Shown: positions 39,686 to 58,099, numbered from the stretch's first letter. The stretch is 64,000 nt of DNA from Methanotrichaceae archaeon (GCA_963803145.1 CAWDLW010000030.1:32001-96000), one strand, 5' to 3'. The notes: generated from the sequence alone by a model not told the origin. Program-made: numbers and translations.

Positions 39686-40989
39686 GCCTCCTTGCTAGCG
39701 ACAGTTCCGCGCCTTCTCTTCACGCTCTCTAAGATATTGTTTAAAATCAACTCATCGCTCGGATAGCTTGAATCCACAAGCTTCCTCATTCTCAGCGAAA
39801 CGCCATCCATACGATATGCGGTCCCCTCGGCCTCAATACCTGCGACTGCGCTGGGTATGACGACCTCTGCGAACATTGTTGTGGGATTTTCATATGGATC
39901 GATCTGGATTACAGGTATCTTTGCCAGGTAATCAACAATCGATCTAGGAAAGTTGGATGCGGGATCCGCAGCTATGATCAGGGCTGCATCTGCATCTTGT
40001 CTTGCCAAAACATCACATGCGGCTGTCTCTCCCGGATTGAAATAGGGCATGCCGCGCGAGTAGTCGATTGACATGGGGAAGCCCGATGACCATGCCATGA
40101 CCTGGCCCATCCCTGTCACGTTGTAATGGCCACGCATCGGCATCACCACAAACTTCGTGTGGGCGTTAAGCTCAGCGACAAAAGAGAGAGCATTATCTAT
40201 GTTCTTGTACCGCCCTCGCGAATGAGTCATCCCGAGGCCGAAGAAGAACGCCCCAAATTTTGCCGATTTAAGCAGATCAATAAGCGATGCAAGCTCAGTC
40301 TTGGGCACGCCTTCCACGTCATCAGGCACTGCATCTCCCTTTCCAGCAAGGATCATTCTCAAGGCGGATATGACCTCATAATCGGTTCCCGGCTTTATGA
40401 GAATAAATTTGTCGGCATTCTTAGCAGTTCTCGTTTCTCGGACATCTACTACCACTACCTTTCGACCCTTCCTCCCAGCAGGCGTAAACATGCCGGAGAC
40501 ATTGGACGAATATCGCAAGCTGTGCCTGGGATGAGCCTCGGCGGGGTTGCAGCCCCAGAAAACTATCAGATCTGCACGATTTTTGACCTGGCCAAGAGTT
40601 GCACCCGCCATTCCCTTCTCCTCAATGCCCATAACCGAAGGACCATGGCAGACTGTGGCAGTCGAATCCAAGACGCCGCCCACTTCTTCAGCGAGCAAGA
40701 CGCCCTTCTTCTGGGCCTCACAGACTGTCGATGCCCAGCCATAGAGAAGAGGATGTTTTGCACATATCAGAATGTCTGCAGCGCGGTCATATGCCTCCTG
40801 GTAGCTTACCTCCGTGAGCTCACCATCCTTTCGTATCATTGGCGTCTCGATCCTGTCGTGCCCCATAATTTTGCTGGCTCCGAGACGACAGGCATGCCTC
40901 ACGCGCTTTACTTTGCCATCCTCAATATCCACCAACAGATCATCACATAGGCAGCCGCAGAAAGAGCAGACCACATCCTCGGCAATCAT
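39682..40989 (-). CDS. fwdB: Formylmethanofuran dehydrogenase subunit B (Cys form)
   Basis: CSFCGCLCDD, TVCHGPS, WGCNP..AHPRH, MRGHYNV, GTAYRMD. Confidence 0.95.
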   Translation of the reverse strand: MIAEDVVCSFCGCLCDDLLVDIEDGKVKRVRHACRLGASKIMGHDRIETPMIRKDGELTEVSYQEAYDRAADILICAKHPLLYGWASTVCEAQKKGVLLAEEVGGVLDSTATVCHGPSVMGIEEKGMAGATLGQVKNRADLIVFWGCNPAEAHPRHSLRYSSNVSGMFTPAGRKGRKVVVVDVRETRTAKNADKFILIKPGTDYEVISALRMILAGKGDAVPDDVEGVPKTELASLIDLLKSAKFGAFFFGLGMTHSRGRYKNIDNALSFVAELNAHTKFVVMPMRGHYNVTGMGQVMAWSSGFPMSIDYSRGMPYFNPGETAACDVLARQDADAALIIAADPASNFPRSIVDYLAKIPVIQIDPYENPTTMFAEVVIPSAVAGIEAEGTAYRMDGVSLRMRKLVDSSYPSDELILNNILESVKRRRGTVASKEA

Positions 40990-41369
40990 GAGTTCGACCT
41001 CCGGATATTTTTAAACAGCTCACGCTCTGTGAGGACCGGCTTATCAGTAGCCTCTACATCAACCTCAACGCCTTTATAATGCGGCGTGCCGCAGCCCCCC
41101 GTATCAGGCCCCACGACGACATTTGCCCAAGGGCCCATGGGTATGAATATAATTCCTGACGGCAGACCGGGATCCACACGGCCTGAGAGAACAACCTGAC
41201 CGGACCTGTTTTTAATTAGAACATTTTCTCCGTCTGTTAGCCCCAGAGAGCTGTAATCCTTCTCGGACAGCAAGCAAGTCGAGACCGCTTTGAAGAATTC
41301 ATCAGACTTCTTGCATTCACAGCTCGCACCTTGCGCCAGAGTGCGCCCTGAGATCATGACCGCCTTCAA
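40986..41369 (-). CDS. fwdD: Formylmethanofuran dehydrogenase subunit D
   Basis: SGRTLAQG, FIPMGPWAN, T.G.G.P.YKG. Confidence 0.93.
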   Translation of the reverse strand: MKAVMISGRTLAQGASCECKKSDEFFKAVSTCLLSEKDYSSLGLTDGENVLIKNRSGQVVLSGRVDPGLPSGIIFIPMGPWANVVVGPDTGGCGTPHYKGVEVDVEATDKPVLTERELFKNIRRSNS

Positions 41370-41557
41370 ATCGAACCACCTAATATTCCCATTTCCATAA
41401 GCTTTTCAATGCTAAAAAGTGAGCGGTAGTTGACGTGCATATTGATATAGTTTCCAAGTAAGTCGCTATGTTTGCATTAATTCAACTAAGTAAGTCTCTA
41501 TGTTTGGATTAATTTAATATACTTCCATCTCATTGGGTGAGAATTCACCTGTTGGAG

Positions 41558-42061
41558 ATGAACATTTTGACTGGGAGAGCTTGGAAATTCGGGGATGATA
41601 TAGACACAGATGCAATCATACCTGGCCGTTATCTTGTTATCAACGACCCAACAGAGCTTGCGCAGCACCTCTTCGAGGGACTGCGACCTGAGATGACCGT
41701 TCAAGTACGTGAGGGCGATTTTGTCGTTGCAGGCGATAACTTCGGGTGCGGCTCATCAAGAGAGCATGCACCTCTGGCACTAAAAGGTGCAGGCATATCG
41801 GCCATCGTGGCAAAATCATTTGCCAGGATATTCTTCAGAAACGCGATAAACATTGGCCTACCCCTGTTCATCTGCTCTGATGTAGATAGGATAAAAGACG
41901 GCGACCCCTTGGAGATAGACATGGCCAACGGTGTAATATACAACCTCTCCAGTGGCGAATCTTATAAGACATCGCCCCTTCCTCAGTTCCTGATGGAGAT
42001 CGTAGAGGTGGGCGGACTCATAGAGTATACGAAGAGACTGGTCGTAAGGGTGTTGGGATGA
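41558..42061 (+). CDS. leuD: 3-isopropylmalate dehydratase small subunit
   Basis: [30 protein letters not shown]; adjacent to leuB. Confidence 0.88.
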   Translation: MNILTGRAWKFGDDIDTDAIIPGRYLVINDPTELAQHLFEGLRPEMTVQVREGDFVVAGDNFGCGSSREHAPLALKGAGISAIVAKSFARIFFRNAINIGLPLFICSDVDRIKDGDPLEIDMANGVIYNLSSGESYKTSPLPQFLMEIVEVGGLIEYTKRLVVRVLG

Positions 42062-43182
42062 ACTATAAAGTGCCAGTTGTTCCAGGCGATGGCATAGGAC
42101 CTGAAATAATAGCTGAGGGTAGACGGGTCCTCGAAGCTGCTTCAGACAAGCATGGCTTCTCAATTGACTGGATAGAATTTCCCCTGGGAGCAGAGCATTA
42201 TCTTAAAACAGGGGAGCTTGTGAGCGAAGAGACTCTCAAAGAGCTTGGCAAATATAAGGCCATTTACCTTGGAGCAATAGGCGATCCAAGGGTTAAGCCG
42301 GGCATACTTGAAAAGGGCGTACTTTTAGCGATGAGGTTCTACTTCGATCAGTATGTGAACCTCCGTCCTGTGAAGCTTCTGGAAGGCGTCTGGACTCCAC
42401 TGAAGGATAAGGGACCGAAAGATATTGATTTTGTTGTAGTGAGAGAAAATACAGAGGACTTCTACATCGGCATAGGCAGCCGCGCAAAAGCTGGACATAG
42501 CCACGCAGATTTTGAGGTCATTCGTGCGCTCTATAACATAAAGTTCGGCTTGGATGTAGATTCTGATAGCGAGGAGATAGGCTATCAGATTGGCGAAGTG
42601 AGCAAAGAAGGATGCCACCGGGTAATAAAATACGCATTTGATCTGGCTATGAAGCGGAGAAAACAGGTTTCAAGCGTCGATAAGGCAAATGTCCTCAGCG
42701 ATATCTACGGCTTCTGGAGGGAGATCTTTACAGAGGTCGCGCATACTTACCCGTCAGTCAAGACAGACTTCAACTTTGTTGATGCCATAACTATGTGGTT
42801 CGTCAAAAATCCCGAATGGTTCGACGTCGTAGTAGCGCCGAACATGTTTGGCGATATCATAACAGACCTCGGTGCCATGATCCAAGGCGGTCTTGGGCTC
42901 GCGCCCGGCGCAAATCTGAACCCAGAGGGGACAAGCATGTTTGAGCCCATTCATGGGAGCGCACCAAAGTATAAAGGCATGAATAAGGTCAATCCGATAG
43001 CAACCATCTGGGCAGGGGCACTGCTTCTTGATCACCTGGGCGAGCAAGAGGCTGCCGAAGATATAGTGAAGGCAATCGAAAGGAATTTATTTGAAGGAAG
43101 AATTAGAACCTACGATCTTGGAGGAGGCTCGACAACATCGGAGGTGGGGACTGAGATCGCCAGGCTGGTCGGGAGTATCTGA
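42058..43182 (+). CDS. leuB: 3-isopropylmalate dehydrogenase
   Basis: [37 protein letters not shown]. Confidence 0.88.
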   Translation: MNYKVPVVPGDGIGPEIIAEGRRVLEAASDKHGFSIDWIEFPLGAEHYLKTGELVSEETLKELGKYKAIYLGAIGDPRVKPGILEKGVLLAMRFYFDQYVNLRPVKLLEGVWTPLKDKGPKDIDFVVVRENTEDFYIGIGSRAKAGHSHADFEVIRALYNIKFGLDVDSDSEEIGYQIGEVSKEGCHRVIKYAFDLAMKRRKQVSSVDKANVLSDIYGFWREIFTEVAHTYPSVKTDFNFVDAITMWFVKNPEWFDVVVAPNMFGDIITDLGAMIQGGLGLAPGANLNPEGTSMFEPIHGSAPKYKGMNKVNPIATIWAGALLLDHLGEQEAAEDIVKAIERNLFEGRIRTYDLGGGSTTSEVGTEIARLVGSI

Positions 43183-43272
43183 CTCCCTTCAAGGGAAAAA
43201 GTTTTATGCCGGAGGATTTCATTTCTCACATAGTGCAGTTAAAAAGGCTTAAGGCATGTGCCTGCATCATGG

Positions 43273-43363
43273 GGGCTTGTAGCTCAGTTAGGCAGAGCGT
43301 CTGGCTTTTAAATTTTCGTATGAAGATACCAGGTGGCCGAGGGTTCAAATCCCTTCAAGCCCG
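43273..43363 (+). tRNA. tRNA-Lys(UUU) with 17-nt intron (43311-43327)
   Basis: GGGCTTG acceptor pairs with CAAGCCC; anticodon arm TCTGG-CTTTTA|intron|A-CCAGG; bulge-helix-bulge (CTTT/GAAG). Confidence 0.93.
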
Positions 43364-43414
43364 CTCGCGGCTCCCTTGAGCCTTGCTGTTATTTCTCTTA
43401 AGAGGTGGCTTAAA

Positions 43415-43654
43415 TTGACAATCAAATTTGCCGTAAAGGATCACGAGCTTGTCCCGGCGCATATTCTGCTCACAATTGAGGAAAGTGAGAAGATCCTCGG
43501 GCTATATGGCATAGAGGCGCCTCAGTTGCCTAAGATCCATGTTGACGATCCTGCTGCCAAGGAGATCAACGCTAAGGTAGGGGATATAATCAAGATAATC
43601 AGGAGAAGTCCGACTGCAACCCAATCAGTCTTTTATAGACTGGTAATAGATTAA
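43415..43654 (+). CDS. rpoH: RNA polymerase subunit H (Rpo5)
   Basis: HELVPAH, QLPKI..DDP, IIRRSPTA; TTG start after GAGGTG. Confidence 0.95.
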   Translation: MTIKFAVKDHELVPAHILLTIEESEKILGLYGIEAPQLPKIHVDDPAAKEINAKVGDIIKIIRRSPTATQSVFYRLVID

Positions 43655-43664
43655 AGGTGATCTT

Positions 43665-45155
43665 TTGCTGGATAGGAATATTCTTTATAGCGCATACTTT
43701 ACCAAAGATAAGCTGGTTCACCATCATATCAACTCGTTCAACGAATTTATAGATAGAGGCCTTCAGAAGGTCATAGATGAAGTTGGCACAATCGAGACAA
43801 ACATTGAGAACACTTATGTGAAGCTTGGCAAAATCCACGTTGAGAAGCCGGTTGTGCGTGAGGCAGACGGATCAGTAGAGAGACTATATCCAAATGATGC
43901 GCGCCTGCGAAACCTCACTTATGCATCTCCCATAAGGCTTGAGATGATAATAGTTGAGGGTGAAAATGAGAAGGAGCCCGTGGAAGCCGAGATCGGAACT
44001 CTGCCGATAATGCTGATGTCGAAGACCTGCAACTTATACGGCATGTCCTCAGACGAAATGGTCACCTACGGCGAAGACCCATTGGACCCTGGCGGCTATT
44101 TTGTTGTAAACGGCTCAGAACGCGTGATAATGACGCTTGAAGATCTGGCCCCGAACAAGATTCTTGTCGAGTATAACCAAAGATACGATGAGTTTATTGA
44201 GGTTGCCAAGGTCTTTTCCCAGAGGCAGGGTTATCGTTCGCTAGTGATTGTAGAGCGGGGGCGTCGCTCAATACTGGAGGTCTCTTTCCCATCTGTATCT
44301 GGAAGATTAAACTTCGTGACTCTGCTGAGGGCTCTCGGATTGGAAACTGATATGGATCTAGTCAAGGCTGTTTCTGATAACCCCGAAATAATTAAGTTCA
44401 TGCTTGAGAACCTCGAGGAGTCGGAGGTTGCAACAACAGAAGAGGCCCTTGAGAAGATAGGTACACGAGTGGCAGCAGGCCAAGCAAAGGAGTACCAGAA
44501 GAAGAGAGCTGCCTACATACTTGATCGCTACCTTCTCCCGCATATCGGCGTAGAGGAGACGGACAGGTATGCTAAAGCGCTGTTCCTTGGAAGGATGGCC
44601 GAGGCATGCTTCGAACTCGCCTTGGGCCATAGAGGAGAGGATGATAAGGATCATTACTCGAATAAGAGGCTCAAGCTTTCCGGCGACCTTATGGAGGATT
44701 TGTTCAGAGTGGCCTTCAACAGACTTACAAGAGATATAAAATATCAGCTTGAGAGAGCGAGCATGAGGAACAGGGAGTTGAATGTTGTAACCACTGTAAG
44801 GGCCGATGTCCTGACTGAGAGAATGATCCATCCCTTAGCCACAGGCAACTGGGTCGGTGGCCGAACAGGCGTATCCCAGCTTCTTGATCGCACTGATTAC
44901 ATGGCAACGCTGTCTCATCTACGCAGGGTAATATCTCCTCTATCCAGATCCCAGCCTCATTTCGAGGCCAGAGATCTGCACGCTACACAGTGGGGACGCA
45001 TATGCCCAAGCGAGACACCAGAGGGGCCTAACTGCGGCCTTGTGAAGAACTTCGCCCAGGCTGTAGAGCTGAGCAAGGGCGTAGAAGACTATGAGGATAT
45101 TAAAAAAATGCTTGCAGATATTGGACTGATTCCAGTAGGTGGTAACCTTGGCTGA
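43665..45155 (+). CDS. rpoB2: RNA polymerase subunit B'' (Rpo2N)
   Basis: [36 protein letters not shown]. Confidence 0.97.
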   Translation: MLDRNILYSAYFTKDKLVHHHINSFNEFIDRGLQKVIDEVGTIETNIENTYVKLGKIHVEKPVVREADGSVERLYPNDARLRNLTYASPIRLEMIIVEGENEKEPVEAEIGTLPIMLMSKTCNLYGMSSDEMVTYGEDPLDPGGYFVVNGSERVIMTLEDLAPNKILVEYNQRYDEFIEVAKVFSQRQGYRSLVIVERGRRSILEVSFPSVSGRLNFVTLLRALGLETDMDLVKAVSDNPEIIKFMLENLEESEVATTEEALEKIGTRVAAGQAKEYQKKRAAYILDRYLLPHIGVEETDRYAKALFLGRMAEACFELALGHRGEDDKDHYSNKRLKLSGDLMEDLFRVAFNRLTRDIKYQLERASMRNRELNVVTTVRADVLTERMIHPLATGNWVGGRTGVSQLLDRTDYMATLSHLRRVISPLSRSQPHFEARDLHATQWGRICPSETPEGPNCGLVKNFAQAVELSKGVEDYEDIKKMLADIGLIPVGGNLG

Positions 45156-46983
45156 AGAGGGCGGAGTTCCTGAGGGCGCCAGGGTATTTGTCAACGGCGA
45201 GATCGTAGGACATCACCCTGAGCCGCTGAAGCTGGCTGAGAATTTGAGAAGGCTCAGGCGCGCAGGGAGTATTAGTACTCAGGTTAACGTTGCATATTAC
45301 AGTGATACAAACGAGATCCTGATCAACACAGACTCCGGACGGGCAAGGAGACCGCTAATAGTTGTAGAAAATGGCCATGCGCTCATTACTGATGAGCACA
45401 CTGCCAAAATTGCCAGGGGCGATCTAACCTTTGATGATCTTGTTAGAGCAGGTCTTGTAGAATACCTGGATGCAGAGGAGGAAGAGAACGGCCTCATAGC
45501 CATCTGGGAAGAGGACATAACCCCAGAGCATACTCACCTTGAGCTTGATCCCTCGCTCATCCTCGGAATAGCTACTGGCCTTGTTCCCTATCCAGAACAT
45601 AACGCGAGTCCCAGAAACACAATGGGCGCAGGCATGATCAAGCAGTGCCTTGGCATGTCTATGGCAAACATGAAGCTCAGGCCCGACACAAGAGGGCACT
45701 ATCTGAACTCGCCTCAAAGGGCTATTGTCAGGACTAAAACAGCCAAAGCAGTAGGGTTCGATGATAGGCCGGCGGGCCAAAACTTCGTTGTGGCAGTTCT
45801 CGCCTATGAGGGGTATAACATAGAGGATGCCCTTGTCATGAATAAAGGCTCGATAGAGCGCGGCCTTGCTAGAAGCCACTTCTTCCGCGTATCTGAGGCG
45901 GAGGAGAGAAAATACCCAGGCGGCCAGGAGGATAAATTTGAGATACCTGATGTCGAGGTACGCGGCGCCCGTGGATCTGAGTCGTATGAACAATTGGATT
46001 CCGATGGCCTGGTGAATCCAAATGCGAGCATTGGCCCAAACGATGTTCTTATAGGAAAGACAAGCCCGCCAAGGTTCCTTGAGGAGCCAAGCGAGTTCGG
46101 AATAACTCCTCAGCAAAGGCGTGAGACTTCAGTGACTATGCGGTCGAATGAGCGGGGCGTAGTCGATATGGTCATTCTTACTGAGTCGTCGAACGGCAAC
46201 CGCCTTGCAAAGGTCAAGACCAGAGATCAGCGTATCCCTGAACTCGGAGATAAGTTCGCCTCACGCCATGGGCAAAAGGGTGTAGTAGGACTTATTGTTC
46301 CACAAGAGGATATGCCTTTCACAGAAAGCGGTATCGTGCCGGACCTGCTGCTGAACCCTCATGCAATTCCTTCAAGGATGACCGTTGGCCACGTTCTTGA
46401 GATGATCGGCGGTAAAGTCGGCTCTCTAGAGGGAAGGTTCATCGATGCGACTGCCTTCCTCGGCGAGACTGAAATAGACCTGCGTTCAGCCCTGACCAAG
46501 TTCGGCTTCTCTCATACAGGCAGAGAGATACTCTACAATGGCGCAACTGGCGAACAGATCATGGCTGATCTATTTGTCGGCGTGATCCTCTATCAGAAGC
46601 TCTATCATATGGTCACGGGAAAGATGCATGCCCGATCTCGAGGACCTGTGCAGGTGCTAACAAGGCAGCCGACTGAAGGCCGAGCCAGAGAGGGCGGTCT
46701 CCGGTTCGGAGAGATGGAAAGAGATGTGCTCATAGCCCATGGTGCAGCTCTTGCGCTTAAAGAGCGTTTAGTGGATGAATCGGATAAGGTTACAGAACTG
46801 GTTTGCAGCAACTGTGGAATGATAGCAATACATGATAGAAGAAGGAACGCAGATTTCTGTCCTGTCTGCGGAGCGGATACTGAAATTTATCCTGTTGAGA
46901 TGAGCTATGCCTTTAAGCTCCTTCTGGATGAGATCAAATCACTAGGAGTCGCTCCGAGGCTGATACTAGAGGATGCCGTATAG
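45148..46983 (+). CDS. rpoB1: RNA polymerase subunit B' (Rpo2C)
   Basis: [40 protein letters not shown]; TTG start after GGTGG. Confidence 0.97.
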   Translation: MAEEGGVPEGARVFVNGEIVGHHPEPLKLAENLRRLRRAGSISTQVNVAYYSDTNEILINTDSGRARRPLIVVENGHALITDEHTAKIARGDLTFDDLVRAGLVEYLDAEEEENGLIAIWEEDITPEHTHLELDPSLILGIATGLVPYPEHNASPRNTMGAGMIKQCLGMSMANMKLRPDTRGHYLNSPQRAIVRTKTAKAVGFDDRPAGQNFVVAVLAYEGYNIEDALVMNKGSIERGLARSHFFRVSEAEERKYPGGQEDKFEIPDVEVRGARGSESYEQLDSDGLVNPNASIGPNDVLIGKTSPPRFLEEPSEFGITPQQRRETSVTMRSNERGVVDMVILTESSNGNRLAKVKTRDQRIPELGDKFASRHGQKGVVGLIVPQEDMPFTESGIVPDLLLNPHAIPSRMTVGHVLEMIGGKVGSLEGRFIDATAFLGETEIDLRSALTKFGFSHTGREILYNGATGEQIMADLFVGVILYQKLYHMVTGKMHARSRGPVQVLTRQPTEGRAREGGLRFGEMERDVLIAHGAALALKERLVDESDKVTELVCSNCGMIAIHDRRRNADFCPVCGADTEIYPVEMSYAFKLLLDEIKSLGVAPRLILEDAV

Positions 46984-46991
46984 GTGAAAGC

Positions 46992-51054
<4,063 letters not shown>

Positions 51055-51071
51055 ATCAGGGGTGTTAAAGC

Positions 51072-51503
51072 ATGAGTGAGTTCAAACTCACATCAGAAGG
51101 TATCAGATATATCGCTTTATTTGAGAGCCTAACAGGCGGCATGGCCAGGGATTGCGTTGTTGATGCCGATAATGATAGAATAATCTTTGTCATTAAAAAG
51201 GGAGACATGGGTGCGGCCATTGGCAGAAAGGGCTCTAATATCAACCGCGTAAAAAAATCGATTGGCAAGCAGATAGAGATTGTAGAGTATAGCGATAATG
51301 TTAACGAGTTTCTGGAGAACCTCTTCCAGCCTGCATCGATAAAAAATGTCATGGTTGTGAACAAGAATAATAAGCGATTGGCTTATGTAGAAGTAGCAAA
51401 CAAGGACAAGGGCATTGCCATTGGAAGAGATGGAAGAAACATCCTTAAAGCCAAGATGCTCGCACAGAGACATCACGGCGTAGATGACATCATAATTCAA
51501 TAG
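51072..51503 (+). CDS. nusA: Archaeal NusA (KH domains)
   Basis: GAAIGRKGSNI, GIAIGRDGRNI. Confidence 0.95.
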   Translation: MSEFKLTSEGIRYIALFESLTGGMARDCVVDADNDRIIFVIKKGDMGAAIGRKGSNINRVKKSIGKQIEIVEYSDNVNEFLENLFQPASIKNVMVVNKNNKRLAYVEVANKDKGIAIGRDGRNILKAKMLAQRHHGVDDIIIQ

Positions 51504-51531
51504 GACTTCGCGATTTACTAAGGTGAAATGA

Positions 51532-51960
51532 ATGGGAAAGGGAATTTATGCAGCCAGGAAGCTGGAGAGTGATAGGAAGACGATGAGATGGAGCTATCCC
51601 AAGTTCATCAGAAGAGTGTCAGGAAGCAGAGTGAAGGCCGATCCGCTGGGAGGCGCGCCCATGGGAAGAGGAATAGTCCTCGAGAAGGTGGGAATAGAAT
51701 GCAAACAGCCTAACTCAGCAATAAGGAAGGCCGTCAGGGTTCAGCTTATTAAGAATGGCAGACAGGTTACTGCATTCTGTCCAGGCGATGGAGCTATCGG
51801 GTTCATAGATGAACACGATGAGGTTACAGTCGATCGCATAGGCGGACGAATGGGCAGGTCCATGGGAGATATCCCTGGAGTCAGGTTCAAGGTAATAGCT
51901 GTAAACAACGTTTCTCTGGGCGAGCTTGTGCGGGGAAGGAAAGAGAAGCCGGTGAGGTGA
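51532..51960 (+). CDS. rps12: 30S ribosomal protein S12
   Basis: [19 protein letters not shown]. Confidence 0.97.
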   Translation: MGKGIYAARKLESDRKTMRWSYPKFIRRVSGSRVKADPLGGAPMGRGIVLEKVGIECKQPNSAIRKAVRVQLIKNGRQVTAFCPGDGAIGFIDEHDEVTVDRIGGRMGRSMGDIPGVRFKVIAVNNVSLGELVRGRKEKPVR

Positions 51961-52523
51961 TTAGGGTGAAGGTATTCGGCAAGTGGGATCCAGTTGAGAT
52001 CGAGGTCGAGGACCCAAGCATAAAGGCATATATGAGCCTTGCCCCCAAGGCCGTCATGCATTCAAGCGGGAGACATGCGAAGCAGCAGTTCAAGAAATCA
52101 GAGCAGCATATAGTCGAGCGCTTAGTTAACAAGATGATGAGAACAGAGAAGAATACAGGCAAAAAGCTAAAGGCTTATGGTATAGTTGAGAAGTCCTTCG
52201 ATATAATTAATAAGAGGACTAAGGAGAATCCATTATCGGTTCTCGCAAAAGCCATAGCTAATGCAGGCCCACGCGAGGAGGTCGTTAGACTAAAGTACGG
52301 CGGCATAACCGTGCCCAAAGCCGTCGATACAGCGCCTCAGAGGCGTGTGGATACCGCACTCATGTTCATAACAAAGGGCGCTCGAGAAGCATCCTTCAAG
52401 AAGACAAAATCCGTGGAGGCTGCGCTGGCTGATGAGATCATAGCAGCTGCAAACTATGATGTCAAGAGCTATGCGATAAACCATAAAGATGGCGTAGAGC
52501 GTGTAGCCAAGGCTGCCAGATAA
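51957..52523 (+). CDS. rps7: 30S ribosomal protein S7
   Basis: [30 protein letters not shown]. Confidence 0.97.
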   Translation: MIRVKVFGKWDPVEIEVEDPSIKAYMSLAPKAVMHSSGRHAKQQFKKSEQHIVERLVNKMMRTEKNTGKKLKAYGIVEKSFDIINKRTKENPLSVLAKAIANAGPREEVVRLKYGGITVPKAVDTAPQRRVDTALMFITKGAREASFKKTKSVEAALADEIIAAANYDVKSYAINHKDGVERVAKAAR

Positions 52524-52538
52524 GGCAGCTGCCTATTT
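52523..52538. terminator. Palindrome between convergent rps7 and flavoprotein genes
   Basis: AGGCAGCTGCCT followed by ATTTT. Confidence 0.45.
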
Positions 52539-53629
52539 TATTTAAATTTATTTATAAAGGATTTATCTATCCAATTTTTCAAGGCGTGTATCAGCCTTGT
52601 TGACATAGTTATGCACATGCCACCATAAACTCCAACGGCATGCTCCCGGCCTATAGAGATCAGTGCAACCTGGGTGCCTGCATCTGTAGATGCCAATATA
52701 GAGTATCTTATAAGCTTTCTACCTTCGGCGATCTTCCTCAGGTTCCTGGCCATATGCTTGGCCTGGTGTTCGGCCTCCGCTGCTGTTTTACTAGCTACCT
52801 TTCCATCGACGCTGATCCAGGCGCTATCTCCTATAACAAAGACATCGTCTGAGGCGCGTAGATAACCATCTGTTAGAATCCATTCATCCTTCCATTTCGG
52901 GTATTTGAGGCCCTGAACGAATTCGCAAGGCTTTATGCCACCAGTCCAGATTGCCATGTCGCATTCGAGGGACTCGCCGCTCGAGAAGAGTATACTGTCA
53001 TCGCATATCTCTTGAACGCGCATTGAGACATTAGTCTTCACCCCTTTTCTGGACATGGTCTTCTCTATTAGCGAGGAGACGTTTTCTGAGAATTGTGGCA
53101 GAAGCCGGTCTTTTGTCTCTACGATATGAATATTTGCGTCCAAGTTATCCGAAAGCGCGCAGGCGGTCTCAACACCAGTCAATCCCGATCCAATTATAAC
53201 TATGTTTTCAGGTGACTTATGCTCCAGATAGTCTCTGGCCCTCATTGCCCCAGAGAATGTATTGACTGAGAAGGCCCTATCAGCACCATGAATCCCGAAG
53301 TAATTCTGGACTGCTCCAGTAGCTATCACGGCTAAATCATATTCCACGATGCTTCTATCGCATACTACCCTGCTTCCTTCGAGGCTCACGGCATGCTCAT
53401 TTATCAGCTCAGCACCTACGCGATCGCAGAAAGGCTTTAGTGGTGCTACCAAATCGTCCAGGCAGGCATTGCATGCGATATACTCAGGATAAAGAGCCTG
53501 GCACTCTATTTGGTTTTTGGGCTCAATCAGTGTGATATCATAAGGGCCTGGCAGAGCTACTCTGATAAGTTCTGCACCAGCTATGCCGCCTCCGATGACG
53601 ACTACCTTCAATTTGGAATTCCGGCTCAT
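52538..53629 (-). CDS. NDH-2/pyridine nucleotide-disulfide oxidoreductase family flavoprotein, paralog 1
   Basis: GGGIAG, IATGA, GSGLTGVE, IWTGG, FVIGD. Confidence 0.88.
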   Translation of the reverse strand: MSRNSKLKVVVIGGGIAGAELIRVALPGPYDITLIEPKNQIECQALYPEYIACNACLDDLVAPLKPFCDRVGAELINEHAVSLEGSRVVCDRSIVEYDLAVIATGAVQNYFGIHGADRAFSVNTFSGAMRARDYLEHKSPENIVIIGSGLTGVETACALSDNLDANIHIVETKDRLLPQFSENVSSLIEKTMSRKGVKTNVSMRVQEICDDSILFSSGESLECDMAIWTGGIKPCEFVQGLKYPKWKDEWILTDGYLRASDDVFVIGDSAWISVDGKVASKTAAEAEHQAKHMARNLRKIAEGRKLIRYSILASTDAGTQVALISIGREHAVGVYGGMCITMSTRLIHALKNWIDKSFINKFK

Positions 53630-53824
53630 AGATTGACTGCTCTTAGCATCGGCACCTGTTTTTTTGGGTTTATACGGGTAGTTTTCTATAAATAAATATG
53701 GAGATTACGGCTCATAATGGGGTTTACGATATTAGACGTATCGACTATCTAGTATTGTATCGTTTAGCATTGTGTATAGTATGCACATTGGGATAGGAGT
53801 ATATATAAATCGACTTAGTGGGAG

Positions 53825-54127
53825 TTGGCGATAGAAGAGTCCTTGTTCACAAGAGAGCTTGGAATTAAGAGTCCGATGCTGAAAGTATTGGATTTCTTGA
53901 TGGATAACGAATCTTTTGACTACACAAGAACTGAGATAGAAGAAGGCGCAAGCCTGAGCAAGACTGCCCTTCTCAAGACACGACCTAAGCTGGAAGCCTT
54001 GGAGCTTATTGAAACTACCAGGACGGCAAGTATGGCCAGGATGTATAAGCTAAACAAGCAGAACCCCATAGAAAAGAAAGCTCTAAAGATATATTGCTTG
54101 CATAGAGATATCTTTTGGATATCCTAA
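53825..54127 (+). CDS. Winged-helix transcription regulator, possibly degenerate at the 3' end
   Basis: SPMLKVLDFLMDNESFDYTRTEI...RMYKLNKQNPI. Confidence 0.6.
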   Translation: MAIEESLFTRELGIKSPMLKVLDFLMDNESFDYTRTEIEEGASLSKTALLKTRPKLEALELIETTRTASMARMYKLNKQNPIEKKALKIYCLHRDIFWIS

Positions 54128-54148
54128 AACTCTGGGCCACGATCTGAA

Positions 54149-56493
<2,345 letters not shown>

Positions 56494-56923
56494 CATTGAT
56501 TAGTCCGCCTACTTGCAGTAATCATTTACCGCACCCATATATTCATCGTGAAAAAGATAATAAGAATGGCACGGTAGCAAATCAACTCCGATAGTGTGGC
56601 AAACGATGGGATAATAATGGATATAGATTTAGTCGGAAGATAATTTGATGATTGGGAGAGTGCACGACCTTGGCCAGGCCCAGCTTTATTCCTGTCCAAC
56701 CGGTCCAGCGAATAACATGTCAATCAGCAAGATCGAACTTTGACCGATGACCGGGACAAATTACAGCAATGCCTTCCAGTTTGGCTCTAGAAAGATAAGG
56801 ATAAGACCAAACAGTCGACGAAAAGGTGTTGGAAGACTGGTGGGACTCTTTGTGGATTCTCCTTAAATGGCTTAGAGATTTCCCCACTTGACTCAGATGA
56901 TGTGCATCACAATTGAGTAACTA

Positions 56924-58006
56924 TAGTTAATCTCCTAGCTTTTTGCACTAAGAAATCGCTCCACCCAGGACTTTGAATATCCATCCTTTTTGGAATAAAA
57001 TATTTCTAAAGCGCAATCTTGGCTAGCTATAATAGCTTCATCGAAATCAGTGTATTTGGCGATCTCTCTTTTGAAATCCTTCCAACCGAATTCTATAGGA
57101 TTCAAATCTGGTGAATAGGGGATATTATAAATTAAGTGAATATCGATTTCCTCAGCTAGTTTTCTAAATTTCTTGGCCAAATGAATTCTAGCATTATCTA
57201 AAAGTATACAAATTGGCCTCATAATATTATTATTTCTTATATTTTGAGCAAATGCCATCAACGCTTCCTTCTTAGAGGAGTTGGAAACCATAACCTCATC
57301 ATTGCCATTTAATGCTATAAATCCAAAAATAGTTCTTGATCTAACCTTTCCAGGTTTATAATTTATTAAATGAGTGTTTAAGACTCTACGTGTATTAGGG
57401 CGCTGTTGTAAAGAGCTTTCATCAAGAAATCCTATAACAGGATCAGTAACAGTGGTCAGCACTGATTTTATCCTTTTTTAAAAAACTTTCTGCATCTGCA
57501 GGCCTCTTTTCATTTCTGATGTATGGTTTCCCATACTTAACTTTTTTCACTACTCTTAAAATTCGCCAGCCATATTTATATGAAAAATCTATACCTCTTG
57601 TATCCCTTACATATTTTAATACGTCTTTTATCGTCATTCCTTTGTCTTCAATTTCTTTAATAACTCTATCCCATTCATCAAGAGACATCTTTGGCTTTTT
57701 GCCATTTCTATTCTTTGGTGTCAATCCATTATAGCCTTGATTATTCCATCTGCTTAACCAATATTTTATTGTCCTCTCGCCCCTTTTTAAAATATCAGCT
57801 ACCTCATATACGTTTTTCCCTTCATATAAATGTATTATTGCCAATAACCGTTCCTTAATCCTTAGATCAGTCTCTTTTTTATATAATTTATCAAGGTCTA
57901 TCTTTGATATATGCCTAATTATTATAGGTTTTCTACCCATGCCTATGTATTTTCACGCATTAATTATTAAATGTATCTATAGGGCAATAAGCTCAATGAT
58001 TAACTA
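56924..58006 (-). mobile_element. IS630-family insertion sequence
   Basis: Ends TAGTTAATC...GATTAACTA flanked by TA; AT-rich; two transposase ORFs. Confidence 0.9.
56935..57940 (-). CDS. IS630 transposase (HTH ORF 57443-57940 + DDE ORF 56935-57462, likely joined by -1 frameshift)
   Basis: FLDESS, LLDNARIH, PYSPDLNPIE.GW; slippery AAAAAAG at 57479-57473. Confidence 0.88.
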
Positions 58007-58099
58007 TAATTTCCGATTTTATTGGAAATCAGAAATTACATACTCAATATTGAACTTCGAGTCAGTACTATAAGAGTCTTATGTGTAAGCATGTCAAGC

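Noticed and set aside
39682-40989. Selenocysteine or pyrrolysine recoding in fwdB and other core genes
   Set aside because: The fwdB metal ligand is a Cys codon (TVCHGP) and no in-frame stops interrupt the core genes
58007-58038. Inverted repeat TAATTTCCGATTT...AAATCAGAAATTA between the two ISs
   Set aside because: Short AT-rich hairpin with no assignable function
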